A stretch of 58,222 nucleotides of DNA, filler included, from Sphacelaria rigidula (GCA_964200075.2; 8 parts of 8 records of this genome joined end to end with filler, not necessarily neighbours in it), one strand, 5' to 3'. Numbered from the whole stretch's first letter, positions 1 to 13,243 are shown. Notes: generated by a model from the sequence alone, not told the origin. Program-made: numbers and translations.

Positions 1-153
1 CCCCCTCTTTTCCCCCCTTCTTCTTCTTCAATCCTTTCTTTTTCCCCCCCCCCCCCCCCCCCCTCCCCCTGGCATGCATGATCATGAGTACAACTTCCCC
101 CTCCTCCTCCTTCTCCTCCTCAATTTCGCTGGGGATGTATATGTATTGAGCAG

Positions 154-1364
154 ATCTTGATGGTGGAGGAACAACTTCAATCCGCGATGAATCAGGTCCG
201 GGTCCACGATGCCGAATACCGTCGAAATCTGGCTCTTCTGCAGCAGGCGGAAAATGTTGGGGATGACGCCACCAGAATACGTGTTACGGTGAGTTTCTTC
301 TCCCTTTTTTTCCAGTGATGCAAAGACGCGCGATTCTCGTCATTCTTGTTCTAGGTTTATTTTGGGGTGGGGCGGGGGGATAACGGTCGTTGTGGTGGTT
401 TGGTGTTCCAGGAGATGTTGCACCACGGCGGAGAACTCTTGTTCCGATGTATGCTGCGGTCTTTCTGAGTTTATATATATATATATATATATTTGTCTGT
501 CGTTGAAAGGGTAAGAATACGAGTAGCTAAACAAAAATTGTCGAGAAAGCCGATGAAATGGGGTGCGAGAACGCTTATCAATTTTTACCATATGAAAATG
601 TCAGATAGTTACAGCACCGTTGGAGGTACAAGTGGACTGTCCGAGAGTATGGAGTTGTTCTGAGGGAGGGCAGGGAGTACTATTCAAATTGAGATGGAAT
701 TCGAAAAGGAAGGCGGGGTCCCCAAGTTGGTGCGGTTTATATCAGGCTGGGAACCTCCCGCACTGTAGAGGGACCTCCCACTCCACTGTCCAGGTAGTGT
801 CGAAGAGTCGTATGCATGTGTCATGAGTTTAGTGGCTCCCTGCATGCAGTTAGTTCAACATGACACAACATTGAGTTGATCAGAAGATGGTGCCCCCCCC
901 CCGCTGCCCTCAGGACGGGGATGAGATATGTAAAAGATTTTCGTGTAGTGTGTGGAAGAAACGTGATGAGCGCCCAAATGTTCAAGGTGTTTCTCTTATG
1001 AGTAGGAGCGGTGGTCCGTCTCGTAAGGGATGCGTGTTCAATGGTCGAACGACTAGGGCAAGCAACAAATGAGTACCCCCCCGCGCCCTACCCTCTACCT
1101 CCCTGAACCTCTACCCCCGCGCCCTTTTGTTTCGTCGTATAGGGTATACTTCGCACTCTGCGCGAGAGCGTGACAAATCACAAGGCCAACGTCCATCGCC
1201 TCGAGGGCTTTTTGCAGCAACACCGAGCGCTGCAGCAGCAGCAGCAGTTGCTACACCAACAGTTGCAGCAGCACCAGCAGAAGCAGAAGCAGAAGCAGCA
1301 GCAACAGCAACAAGCATTGCAGCAGCAGAAGCAGCAGTTGCTGGACCAACAGCTGCTGGAACAA

Positions 1365-1395
<31 letters not shown>

Positions 1396-2401
1396 GTCTC
1401 GCAGAGCAAAAGCGGAAGGAAGAGGCGGCGCGCGCAGCTGCCACCGCCGCTGCCGTCGAACAACAAAACAGGTGCGAAGTGTGCCCCAAATTAGAGTTCA
1501 CGTTCTGAGGCCCGCACTATAAAACCCTAATCCTAACCTCAACCCCTGCCCTAAACTCTTGCCTGAGTCACAGATTTTTCATCCTAGCCCTAGCCCTGAC
1601 CCTGGGTCACAGCTTCTTTGACCCTAACGCTAGCCCTAGCCCTGGCTCTACCCTAACCAACCGTAGCCTCAACTGTTGCCCCAAGCTAACCCTCTAAGTG
1701 ACGATACTACAAGGCAACTGCTTTCATCGACTGGAAAATGCGAAGGTTTGCTTGTGTGAGCTTTTGTCCCGTAGTCATACGAGCACGTTGTCGGACATGA
1801 TTTGCTATGGTCACCGACAGTGGCTCTCTATGCGTACCGTGGTGAGGATCCTTTTGCTCGTCCTTGTCATGCTGGGTATTGTTCGGTACTCCCCCCCCCC
1901 ATTCCCCTCCAAGAAAAAACAGAGAATGATGATGATGCGATGGCAATTCCATATCTTGCCTCGCACTTTTTAAAGCACTCTACTCTTCTCTACACCTTAC
2001 TGGACTGAACTGTACTGTGCCACGCCGTACGTCACCAATTTATTTGGATTTATCAAAGTCACTGCGCTCTTTCACACGCCCATGATCGGCCGCGGAGGTT
2101 TACGTCACTTTCAAGGGAAACAAGAATAAAGAAAGTGTAAAAATATTTTGTCTACGCAAGCCGATTTCAGAAACTCTGAAAATATTTTTCCTTGATCTGA
2201 GTTTGACGCAAAATAAAACGGTATGCTCGAAAACAGCATAAATGGAGCAACCGGAAAAATTACGCGGAGATGTGATGGGGCAAAAGCAAGCCCCAGCACA
2301 GTCATACACGAGAGCCATATAGCTCGGTTGAATGAGTTCCTACCCCCCCCCCCCCCCCCCCCCCCCCCCGCACGCCGTCCTTACGGCGGCCACGCGCCCC
2401 G

Positions 2402-2432
<31 letters not shown>

Positions 2433-2957
2433 NNNNNNNNNNGGAGATGGGAGGGGGAAAAAAACAGCCCCCCCACACCACAACACGAGAGCCATATAGC
2501 TCGGTTGAATGAGTTCCCCCCCCCCCCCCCCCCCTTCCTCGGAATGGATCGTCGTTTCAAGGGGCGAAACCGTGCCATATCTCCCCCAAGGTTCCCGTCG
2601 CCCGGCACTGATTACAGAGGACTTGGAGGAGTCAGCATTCTTGCAGCGATTCCTTCGCCTTCTCCTTTTCAGCGAATTATTATTCGATGGGAGATTTGCG
2701 ATACTGACAAGCGTGGAGATACTGTACACTGTGCGCATTCTATCGTACCCTGAACAAATCGGGAAATGGATGCATTGCACAGGCACCAGTACTACAGTGA
2801 CCGTCACCGACTCTGCATGAACAACCAGACACAGCGACCGCGACGTACAGGACATACCGGCTCATCTGATGCGATCTATGGTATGTTCTTCCCTCCCTTT
2901 GACGCCCCTCCCCCCTCCCCCAACCCCCGCCCCGCATCGAGTAGGTTATTGCGCCTA

Positions 2958-2995
<38 letters not shown>

Positions 2996-4713
2996 ACAGC
3001 AACAGCAACAATTGGAGCTCCAGTTCATGCAGAGAATGCAAAACATGCACAGACAAATTGGCGGTGGCGGCGCAGCGGGGGGGGGGGGTGTCAATCCCGG
3101 CGCATTTTCGACCGAGCAGAAACTCCAACTCCAGCAAAAGTTGCAGCAGCAGCAGCGTCGTGCACAGCAACTTCACCAGCGCACACAACAGCAATCGCAA
3201 CCCGGCACCATGGTGAGCAGCAAAAAGCACATCATGGGCTCACCCATATCACTCCAGTGTTCCGGTGGCAACTCTCGTACTGACCGAAAATATTTTCATG
3301 GGCGACGGGCTGTGTCGGGCGGCGTTGGGCTTTTGGTTTGTACGTAGTCGATGCACGGTTGGACGCCTCGCGCGACTCCGCCGAAGGCCAACATTTCCAA
3401 ATACGCCCACGAAATCTTGTACGAGCCGCATACCTTGGGTCTGTTGTGGCAGTTGATGAATACTGTTCCAATTACACGGACGGGGTAGGTGATGATGGCA
3501 TGGAGTAAAGGTATTTTTTGTTTCTTGATAACATTGGGGGGCGTTGAAGCTCACGGCACTAATATCGATGTACCGGCAATTGTCAAGAACTCGATGTATT
3601 CGTGCCATCCGTATCCGTATGTGTACTGTAGAGTTGTGTTACTCAGGGTCATTCAGCTATGTGGACTCCTCCCTTGAGGGGCACGTAGACATCAGCAGCT
3701 GTAGTTATTCATATATTACCCCTAGCTGTTCATTATACCAAAGAGAAGCATCCCAGCTGCTCCTCCCACAGATTGAGAACCAACCTCATATGGAATTTAC
3801 CATCGAGATTCAACACTCACGGGGTCCACCGATCAAACTCGCAGACCCGCGATCCACCAACCAGCCGTAACATGCCTACTGTACATTGTCCCGACTGAAT
3901 TCGTGTGCCTAACTTGGGTAAAAACGGTGGCCAGAGTCTGTTCCTTGTGTTTCCTGTAAACACATTTGAATATATATATATATATTTATCTACATACATA
4001 TGTATGCGGTATAATAATATATCATTGTCAAGGAATACTGCTAAGTGGTAATCCTATCCAAACAACTTCCTACACGTTTTTTCGAGTAGCTCACCAGCAT
4101 TCCAAGCACGTCATTCGGCGTAAGTTTTTCGCACACATTGTCCGAGTAAATATTTTTCCACCTTTGAGCGTGGCCGTGGCTTGTCTCTACTGATTGCACG
4201 TACACACGCATATTGTCAAAATCTTTTGCAGCCGTTTTTGTCGAATCTGAGTACGCCTCAGAGTCCATTTTAATAGGGAGCGTCCGCTCACACACATTTT
4301 TGCCCGTAAATTCAGATGGACGTTGCTGTCACTCATCACTGAAGAAACAAAACGTATTTTTGGTTGGGTTGCACGCCAATTTGTCGCCCCGAAATTAGGA
4401 GCCGGATATCTCCCCCGACCTCGGGACCATCTCAGGGCAGGGTCAGCAGCAGCAGCTAAATCATTTCCCCACCAGGGAACCATCCTTTCAGCAGGTGAGC
4501 TAACCACGTTGCGGTATCCAGTAGCGGTTCATCGCGCGTTGCTCATGTCAGGAGAGCATCAACAGAAAAAAAGCGTAGGCGTGTGTGTGTGTTTTTCTTG
4601 TGGTCGACGGGGTGATTCAGTCAGCCTTCGTGGAACACTGATCTCGAGTAGTGCAGGCTCTAAGTTAAGCGAACCTCGTCTATTGCTTGGATTCTGAAAA
4701 AATATCACATTCT

Positions 4714-4761
<48 letters not shown>

Positions 4762-6761
4762 CGTATTGTTATAAAACAGCAACACTACGGTTCCAGTCCG
4801 CGCCAGAGGCAACAGCAACAACAGCAGCAGCACACCCTTGCTAACGCTCAGTCCCACAGCCTTCAACAGCAGCAGCAGCGGCAGCAGGCCCTCGCTGCGT
4901 GCTCCAGCAACGCCGACGGGAACCCCAAGCAGTCGAGGCAACAAGCAATGGACTCCGAGAGAAGTTGGCGGCAGCAGCAGCAGCAGCAAGAGCAACATCA
5001 ACAACGGCATCGGCGTAACAGCAACAATAGCAACAGCGGCAGCTCCAACAACATGGCAGCTTACGGGGGAGGCAGAGGGCGACCGGTGCAAGCGACGGAA
5101 GAGACTTCTTCGCCTCCAAGCTCGTCGCCGTCTCCGCGTGATCCCGGCGTCGGCGCTAGCGGAGGTGGTGGATTCGCGGGGGGTGGCGCTGGAGTAAGGC
5201 GGTGGGGGGGGATGGATGATGACGGTTGGCAGCAGCAGCAACAACAACAGCGGCGGCATGGGAAGCAGCAGGGGGATGGTTTAGAAGATAGGGGGAGGCG
5301 GCCGGGAGCGAGAGGAGATGGAGAAGATGTTATTGGATGGCCCTCTGGTGGTGCTGACGGAGATCGCGGAGGTGTTGGGGGTGGTGCTAGTGCTGGCGGA
5401 GATCGTGGAGGTGTTGGGAATAACCGCAAGGTGGGGTTTGTGTGCAAGTGTAATTGTCGCATTGTGATTTCTTTGCGTGAGGAAAGTGAATCCTGCGGGG
5501 GTGGGGGCCAGGGGTGAGAGTCTTTGGTTGGTAGTCTCGGTTTTGTGATTCTGTTCAAATATTATGACTGCCTTCCGTCTGACTTATAATAACGCTAATT
5601 GCAGACCTCTAGCGTACATAGCAGCCGCTACCCATATTTGATTTCACATGAACACATGACAGAGCTCAATGGTTCAGTGCACAACGGATTGGCATTTCAG
5701 CACACACACGTTATTTTTCAACCGCAAAATCTCCCGCGACTTCGACAACCCCCCCTTACCCACGATACTGCCATCGTGAATTTGTTTTGGTCGTGGTACG
5801 TTTCATGTTCGATACGGGGTCGTGTTTTCATCAATCGGCAACACGCGTACATGAGTGAGTCACTATCTATCTCTTTTTTTTTCACCATGTTTCCATACGA
5901 GTGAGTTCGCGGGGGTTAATTGTGCTCGTTACATATGACTTCATGTGTGTGACTTCATGCCTCTCTATATATTTTAAATTAGTACTAATATAACGCCAAC
6001 ATTTATTGCTCTTGTTTTTGGGGGGGATCATTTCCCGGTCGGTGGGGCGTGCAGCAGCAGCAGCCGTGGCCGCGGCCGGGAGGCAGTGGTGCTGCTGGTG
6101 CTGGTGCTGGTGCTATCGCAGGGCAAGAGCGTGAAGATGCTCGACAGCGGGCCAATCAGCAACAGCGAGAGAGGCAGCAGCAGAGGCAGCGGGAGCGGGA
6201 GCGGGAGCGGGAGCGACAGGAGCTCGAGCAGAACCCGCCAGTGCGTGAAGATGCGCCGAGCTGGCGACAGGTCAGTCGTCTGTTGTTGCCGTGTACATGA
6301 GCTTCGCTGTCTCCTCGGGGACCCGCATACTTCGACATCGCCAGAAGCGCGGGGCTGTGGTTTGAACCCCGGTTCGTATCACTACTTTGAGCCGATAAAA
6401 GATTTGTACTGGGGCGTAACCCTTCAACGGGAGCAATGTTTTTTTTCTTTCTTTCTTTTTTTCTTTTTTTTCATTAGGTGTCTTCAGAACAATTGCTTAT
6501 AGATCCCGCCGCCCTCCTCCGCTACCCTCCGCTGGACCCGCTCCCCTGTCCCGCTTCTTGTGTGCTATCGCAGCCTCTCCCGGCCGTGAATAAGAAGCAA
6601 AGTGATCTCGAGAATCGCCTGCTGGGTCAAGACGACGACGGTGATCAGGGCGAGCAAGAGTCCGGAGGGATGAGGAAGGGCGACTCGTGTGATGTGGCAG
6701 GGTCGGCCGGCGGCAGCGGCAGTGAAGGAAGAGGAGGGCCGAACGCTTCGTCTCGCGCGAG
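154..6761 (+). CDS. Partial multi-exon gene for a Gln-rich, low-complexity/coiled-coil protein; exons 154-288, 1143-1471, 2945-3212, 4399-4494, 4780-5430, 6055-6270, 6574-6761; both ends missing
   Basis: Every exon is bounded by YAG/GT. Phases chain into one stop-free frame (0,2,0,0,0,0,2): ILMVEEQLQSAMNQ...RVT|GILRTLRESVTNHK...QQQ...N R|LLRLQQQ...GTM|EPDISPD...FQQ|QHYGSSP...NRK|QQQPWP...WRQ|PLPAVNKKQ.... The exon 6 acceptor is ambiguous within a (CAG)n run. No recognisable domain. Confidence 0.8.
890..1082 (+). repeat. Short dispersed repeat (~190 bp form) ending CAAGCAACAAATGAGTAC + poly-C
   Basis: Aligns by eye along its length with the reverse complement of about 17890-18090. The 60-bp core recurs at 18093-18150, 29240-29300, 30008-30078 and 40668-40743. 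Confidence 0.8.
1522..1697 (+). repeat. Degenerate interstitial telomere-like (CCCTAA/CCCTAG/CCCTGA) tract inside an intron
   Basis: aaccctaatcctaacc..., cctagccctagccctgaccctg, accctaacgctagccctagccctgg...ccctaacc. Confidence 0.55.
4716..4757 (+). repeat. (CA)n microsatellite just upstream of a splice acceptor
   Basis: Direct read of the sequence. Confidence 0.95.
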
Positions 6762-7191
6762 GTGTGTGCGGTGCGGTTGGGTTGTGAGAGCAAAATGCAG
6801 TAGAGAAGTTTTGTCGAGATTTGAAGGCAAGCACGACTGTTATCATTGTGGCTGTTGGGAGGTCAAATTTTGTGTTGATGTGTCGGTGTCATTTCAAGCC
6901 CGTGCGAGTAGCGCGCTCTGTTCCGTGTTTGTGCGTCTGTATATGTTCTTATTTTTTTGTACGGCGAGACGTTTTGCGATGAAGGTGGTGGGCTTGCTCT
7001 ACTTTTTACTTTTGCCTTCTCTTTCCTCTTTCCTCGTTTTCTTCTGTTTTTCGGCTGTTTTTAGCTCTTGTGTCTCTCCGCCTGTTCGTCAATATTTATT
7101 CCTCTTGTGCCCCGTCTTTCAATGTATCCCGTCTGTTGAATTTATCCCGTCTCTTGTCTTGCTCTTTCTTGTTGTGTGAGTGCCACCCCTC

Positions 7192-7291
7192 NNNNNNNNN
7201 NNNNNNNNNNNNNNNNNNNNNNNNNNNNNNNNNNNTTAATTAATTAANNNNNNNNNNNNNNNNNNNNNNNNNNNNNNNNNNNNNNNNNNNN
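7192..7291. other. Artificial contig linker (44N-TTAATTAATTAA-44N); identical linkers at 14483-14582, 21773-21872, 29063-29162, 36353-36452, 43643-43742, 50933-51032
   Basis: Seven identical 100-nt spacers containing a six-frame stop 12-mer. The intervening segments are 7191, 7191 and six times 7190 bp. Confidence 0.98.
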
Positions 7292-7622
7292 TCTGCTGTT
7301 TCTCTTTGCCTTCTTCTTTTTTTTTTTTTTTTTTTTTGTGTGCTTTGGGGGGGGGGGGGGGGGGGGGGGGGTCAGTGCACGAGTAAGTGGGCTTTATAGA
7401 CGCGTTACACGACCTTACGTACTCGTCAATGGTTTGTGCAAAGATGAAAACAATAGCCAAATGACGATGAAATTATCTTGAAATCAAGACCATGTGAATG
7501 AAATTCACCATGTGCACCGACGGTTCCACAAGGCTTTATCGTAAAACCACTGCACTAAGGACTAAGGACCCCCCTCCCCCCTTATATCATAGGATCACCG
7601 GACAACAAAATACCATCAGTAC

Positions 7623-7768
7623 CTCCGACATGCCCCTGGATAAAGATCCCATAGACGCAAGGCTGCTACTACTGGTGGGGCGGTGCAACGCCGGTCGTGG
7701 GCCGCCACCCGCTCCTGCCCCGGCCCCAACCCCTCCACCTCCGCTGCCATTATTGTCGATGGCACGCC
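7623..7768 (-). CDS. Isolated internal exon, Gly/Ser-rich (xRAIDNNGSGGGGVGAGAGAGGGPRPALHRPTSSSSLASMGSLSRGMSE)
   Basis: On the minus strand: pyrimidine-rich tract + ccgcag acceptor, open frame, GAG|gtactg donor. Partner exons not found in this contig. Confidence 0.5.
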
Positions 7769-9759
7769 CTGCGGAACCATACAAAAGTAGAGTCAAAAAG
7801 TAACGGTGTAGATGAGGCGAGCCCTTGGTCTGAAGGAGGCGGCGGCGGGGGTGCTGTATTCTGCGATGCGATACCGTCAGTACCGCGAAGCGTCAGCGGA
7901 TGTGTACGTTCATGTACCGGCACCGCACGAGTGCATACACTCGGGACTCTTGGCCCTAGTGTGATGCTTTTTCATGCGATATTCATCGTTAGTCTCAGGG
8001 AGGGGGGGGGGTTATAAATTTTTGAGTATATTACTGATTGGTCTGTCTGTTGGCAACAGTGCCGGGAGCACCCAATGGTTGAAAACCATGTACTACATAT
8101 ATATCTATTCCCTTCAGCCGCAGTGAAAAACTCACACTTCACATGTCTCATGAGCTATCTAAAATAACTTCTTCCAGAGAATTCTCAGATCCGCTGGTCC
8201 AAAAGCACATAATGCGTGACCGCGGAGTCAGAAAAGCCAAAGCGCTACCTTTGCGCTACTTCGTGTGCTCGGCGTCCAGCGCTGTAGGAGGTACTCAGAG
8301 AAATATGGGCCAATGGGCTAGCCCATGATGCGGATCAGTATAGTTGTAAGAAGTAACATCTAGGTAGCTCATGAGCTGTCCAACGCGTGGAACATCTCAA
8401 ATGACCCAAGTCACAAATTGGAGTGGTTAAAAAATGTCGTGCACTCGCTCCATACGATGATAACCCAGAACAAGAACCATCCAGATGGCCACAGTGCTCA
8501 TCCCTGCTGGACCGCCGGGGTAGGTGATGTGGATCGCGCAGGAATTTTTCAAGTGAATGACGCCGTTTCGACACACGACCCACCCTGGGGGTAAACGGGT
8601 CAACGATCCATGGGTGTACGCCGACGAAGATTTGCATCGTTTTTTCCCGCATGTTTTCCCAGCAATCCGTAATAAAACAGCCAAAAGCAATGGTTGGAAC
8701 CGAAATTTCGTTCGAATGGCGTCATCACACGTGATATGATTGGGGTCACGACTAGGGCCGGTGTTACAAGCCACGCAACTGCTCAGAAACAGCTGAAATA
8801 GAAAAAGGTGTTAAAAACTTATCGTAGTCGGCGATTTCCAATATTTTTTAGCGGACCACCGCTCTTATCTCGGTAAACGTTTGATCCCGCAGTTTGGGGA
8901 TCGGGAGATACGAGGCATCTACTACACATTCTGAAACAATTATAATCTCTGCTATTGACCGACTTACGGGCTGAATTGAAGATGGTGTTACTGACCGTTT
9001 CCAACACACACAAGAAAGTTATTTTCGACTCTAGCGCAAAAAATAGGTGAAGATAGAAAATAACTTTAGTAGTAGGTCTGTAAAATCATTCAAGGGAGCG
9101 ATCGCGATTGGTCTACCCCCCCCCCTGAGCTACGCAGAGCTCTGCTGGGCGATGTTCGTAGTCGGGTACTTTTCTGAATGTTCTCGTATAGTATTCTTCC
9201 TTAGCATTCGAAAGTCCTAGCATTGATGACTTTTGGGAAAAGAAGCAAATCACGCTAAGGACACAATCCTGAAATGGTTTTATCGGGGTGATGTGGAGTA
9301 AGTACCTCGTTTATGAGGGGTGTTATCGACTGTCATTGGTCCAAAACACACCATTTTCCGGCTCTAGGACGATGAGTAGATACAAGTTCAAAAAAATGTA
9401 TATTTGACATTTGTTCACGATAACGATCAGAAGCTGGGGCTGGGTGGTCGTAGGACCCCGGAAAAACGGCCATCCCCTAAGTCGCTCAATATTGAGTGCA
9501 GAGATTATTTTGTTTCGGAATATGGAGCGAATGCCTAGTATCTCCCGATCCCTAAACTCTTGGTCCGAACGTTCACTGGAATGAGAGGTCGCACGTGAAA
9601 ACACTGTTAAAAATCGCTGACTATCAAAAAAGTTCAAGAATCCTTCCTTCCAGCTGTAGACTACTCTATATTAGTACTCGTTCATATATGCTGTTGCAAA
9701 CTGGACGGTTTCACAACGCATCTGCTCCGAAGATAACTAGTCGCCCATGTTCATTGTAT

Positions 9760-10299
9760 TCTTTTGTTTTTCCTCCAATGCCACGATCAATCGGCCAGTC
9801 GGCCTTCATTTCCCCGAGTCTGCACTGCATCGCGGCATTCTCCAAGTACGTGGACCTCAAGGTCATGCATCGCAGCCTACGAGGTGTTTACTGGCTCGCA
9901 CACGGGCGAGCGCATCGGAGCCACGCTGATCAGGATCCTCGAGGATTTTGGTATGAAAGAGTCCGTGACCTGCATCACAATCGACACGGCTGCGAGCCAG
10001 GAGAATGCCATCGTGGTGCACATGCCCACGCGGATCAAGTGGCTTGGATATGCATGCCACAAAACCGATCTTACGGTCCACAAGTGCTTCTCAGCCCCTC
10101 CCCGTGGGGGGACTCTCGCCGCCTTCTCTACGCCTGCGGCGCACCTGCACACGTCTGCTCTGGCTTAGGCGGAGTTTTGAAGCCGCGAATAAGGTTAGTG
10201 CGACGCTTTTACTCCTTCAGAATGGTAGGGTTGACTTTTTGCGGTCAGCGCATGACAGGCACGCAACCGGTTGTGTACAGCAGCAGGCTGGGAGAGGAA

Positions 10300-10356
<57 letters not shown>

Positions 10357-11700
10357 CGCGCGCGTGCGTGTTTTCCAACGACACAGCTACAGCAGCTTGG
10401 AAGGTATGTGTACCTCCAGCTTTGTAGCACCCAAGAACGTTTTCTGCTGCCGTCATCAATACTTCGATGCCATGTGTCTCGTGTGTTGACGAGCTGTTGA
10501 TCATGTCTCGAACTTTTTTTTGACGATGCGTGACGTCTCTTACGCAGCACCCCGTTTCCCATCGTGTATCTCCAAACTATTTCTCACCACAGAGGAGATT
10601 CCCCGCGAAGAAGCTCAGGAAGATTCCGACGAGTGGCATCACGCCGTGGTGGTCATGGTTCTCAACGATGTCGGTGTCCCTGGAGCAAAGGTGCAGCGTT
10701 GTGGCAACCGTTGAGATCGCCGACGAGCGCACGGGAGTGGCCATCAACATTACTGAGGTTAGCTGGAGGAACGCGGCTATGAAAGCGAGGATACTTGGGC
10801 CGGTCAAGGAGGCGATGAAGGCCACGGAGGTCGACAACCTTGGCCTGGCGCAAGTTCCCTGCATCGTGACCGTCTTGAACGCCCACGTCGAGGCGGAGGT
10901 CGCGGCGATCGAGGTTTCGTTTTCCGACGCGGACGAAGCCATGCTGATCGACCACGCCGATCGCTGGGACAATCTGCGGGGCGTGATGAAGATAGCGGCT
11001 GCTCTTAGCACACGCAAGGAAGGGCCTCCATGGCTATCGGGAAAAGAGCAGAAAGCGTGGCGGCCGCTTCTTATCGCCGAGCTCAAGAGGTTGCTCCACG
11101 AGGACATTAGGTTCCGAGCAAGCACAAACGGGCCTAGACGACCTCGGTGGGTCCGGGGGTGATGGGTCGGGCTCGGGTGGCGGATCCGGCAATGATGACT
11201 TGGGAGCAGCCCCACCTCAGAAAAATAAAAAACGCCGTTTTCTTTGGATAGCCGTAGAGACTCTGCGGACATTGGGTTCAGGGGGTGGGTCGGGCGCCGG
11301 TGATGAAGCCCAACCTCCACCAGGCACCAGTCTTGTCCTTTCGTGGTTCTCGATCGTAGCAAGGCTTGAAGCGGCGGACCATGAGCTTCAGCGCCCTGTT
11401 CTTCAAGAGAAAGTCCGCGACGACGACGACGACGACAACCAAGATCCTGAGAAGGAGGACGACAACCGGCTGCGCCGGCGAGGTAGACGATGAACTCAGC
11501 TGAATGTGCCGACACCACTTCTCATTCCCATCTCTCGCGAAGCTGGTGATCAAGTACCTCGTCATTCCTCCGTCATCGGCTGCGTCTGAACTCATCTTCT
11601 TGATGGTCGGCAGTAATGAGGACAAGAAAAAAATACAGCCGCCTCGGGGTATGATTCAATCAATCCATTTGCTTTCCTGAACGGTTCGCACGGGGTGGCA
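9760..11700 (+). pseudogene. Decayed hAT-superfamily transposase
   Basis: hAT motifs occur in order across frameshifts: FTGSHTGERIGATLIRILEDFGM..VTCITIDTAA, a CxxH-like WLGYACH, TPWWSWFSTM (RWNS-like) and the dimerisation motif SFPSLAKLVIKYLVIPPSSAASELIF at about 11522-11600. A probable intron at about 10225-10592 contains a (TG)n tract. Confidence 0.85.
10303..10352 (+). repeat. (TG)n microsatellite
   Basis: Direct read of the sequence. Confidence 0.95.
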
Positions 11701-12337
11701 TGGGACGGCGAGATTTCGCAGGAGGAACTAGGCCGGACGGACACGTGGCTTGTTCTTTCTCTTGGTGTGTATGGGAAGTAGTTATGATGTTGGATTGCGG
11801 TGCTGGCGTGGTAGCGATCTGAGCTTACTCTGCTGTTGCTGCTGCTGCTGCTGCTGGCGTTTTGTCGTATAGTGAAACGCGGCTTGTGCCTTACGACTCA
11901 CCAGTACGACACATACTCCCGAGTTCCGAGTATGACCAGCTACTCCGGTGGCAGCGAAGAGCCAGGGTGTCAGAGGATATCAAGCAGTCGTGTGTATTGT
12001 GTTCGAATTCGCAGTCAATAGTACAGTAGTATCTGTGCTCATGTGCTCGTGTTCATGAGTGCATAATGCGTCTTTTCAAAGTACGTGGACGCCACAGCAT
12101 GCCATAATCCCGCCAATCTCATATGTTTTTCGAAGCACCATTTCATTTATTTTGAGCAACTTTGCCATCGTACATCGTCGACTTTCTACCTGGAAGCACT
12201 CGACACTCACACAAGTAGAAACCTAGGACGTTTGACGTGGAGGTTCTCACACAAGTAGTGGTTTTCTCACTGCATTCAAATGGCCAATATCCGACCGTAA
12301 GACCGTTTGTTACAGTCGGTATTTATTGGGGTGCGTA

Positions 12338-13140
12338 ATTTTCCACTCTTCGGACATTTGACACGGTTTTGGCCCCCAAACAGGGAATATCGCCATCATA
12401 CGTGTCGAGCACTTTGCATCGCGCCAGCGAGAGGAGCCTAGCCTACTTTTCCGCTTCGCTTGGCTCTGAGGTTTCGAGAATGACCTCGGTACAAGAACAC
12501 GGCTGGCACTAAAGCAAAAGCGGTTCCTGCAGGTTTTTTCACGAGTCACATGTCCCACAAGTGGAAAATACAACCTCACAAAATACCGCCTGTGGAGAAA
12601 CGATAATTAATGTGCGCTCATCTTTGTGAACATCTCCTGCTGATATTTTTCGAAAAGGATTTCGTCGAAAAGGAGCTTTAACACTGCCAGGTTTCAGCGG
12701 CGCAGTTTGGGCCACTTTAGATGAGAAATGATTTTCTTCTCCCGCGGCGGCTCCAGCGCCCCCCCCCCCCACCTTGCCAGCCGGGGGGTGTACTCATGAT
12801 CATGCATGCCATAGTCATGAAACTATTGGGGGGGACTGGGGCTTGCACAGCGAGCTCTCTCGTATTCGCTCGTTCGCTCACGGTGCTCGACCGGCTTGCC
12901 ATCGACATGTCGATCTGTTCAGGGTCATCATTAATGGAACTTTCCAACCCCGACTGCTTGGCTCGTATTTTCCACTTTTAGGACATTCGAGAGGGTTTTT
13001 GACCCCCAAACGGGAGCAATCGCCACCACACGTCTTGGACACTTTGTATCACCCCACCGAGAGGAGCCTAGCCCACTTTTCCGATTCGCTTGGGTCAGAG
13101 ATTTCGAAAGCGGCCTCTGGACAAAAATACGGGGAAAATA
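12338..13140 (+). repeat. Diverged direct repeat pair (~12338-12500 and ~12968-13130), probably non-autonomous transposon modules
   Basis: tttccactcttcggacatt...cccccaaac...gagaggagcctagcctacttttccgcttcgcttgg vs tttccacttttaggacatt...cccccaaac...gagaggagcctagcccacttttccgattcgcttgg. Confidence 0.75.
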
Positions 13141-13243
13141 TATATTGCACAGTCTGTAGGGAAAATACGAGCCAAACAAAATACGAACCGGAAGAAACGG
13201 CCTTAGAGCGTGTTTCAGTTTCGTTTTTGTTGGGTACCTCTAT

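Noticed and set aside
2295..2535. Tandem duplication of a 34-bp sequence around poly-C and a 10-N gap
   Set aside because: It flanks an internal assembly gap and long homopolymers, so the second copy may be an assembly artefact. It is used only as weak support for the ATGAGT(A/T)C-end observation.
1111..5558. Poly-Cys, poly-Leu, poly-Ala and poly-Ser ORFs in the ORF track
   Set aside because: They are alternative-frame or antisense shadows of the (CAG)n poly-Gln exons.
7236..7247. TTAATTAATTAA recurring every ~7.29 kb as a biological periodic motif or piggyBac TTAA site
   Set aside because: It is always centred in 88 Ns, so it is an artificial linker.
10577..11518. 313-aa minus-strand ORF (and the 301-aa ORF 9595-10500)
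   Set aside because: These are antisense or off-frame reads of the GC-rich hAT pseudogene, with no independent motifs.
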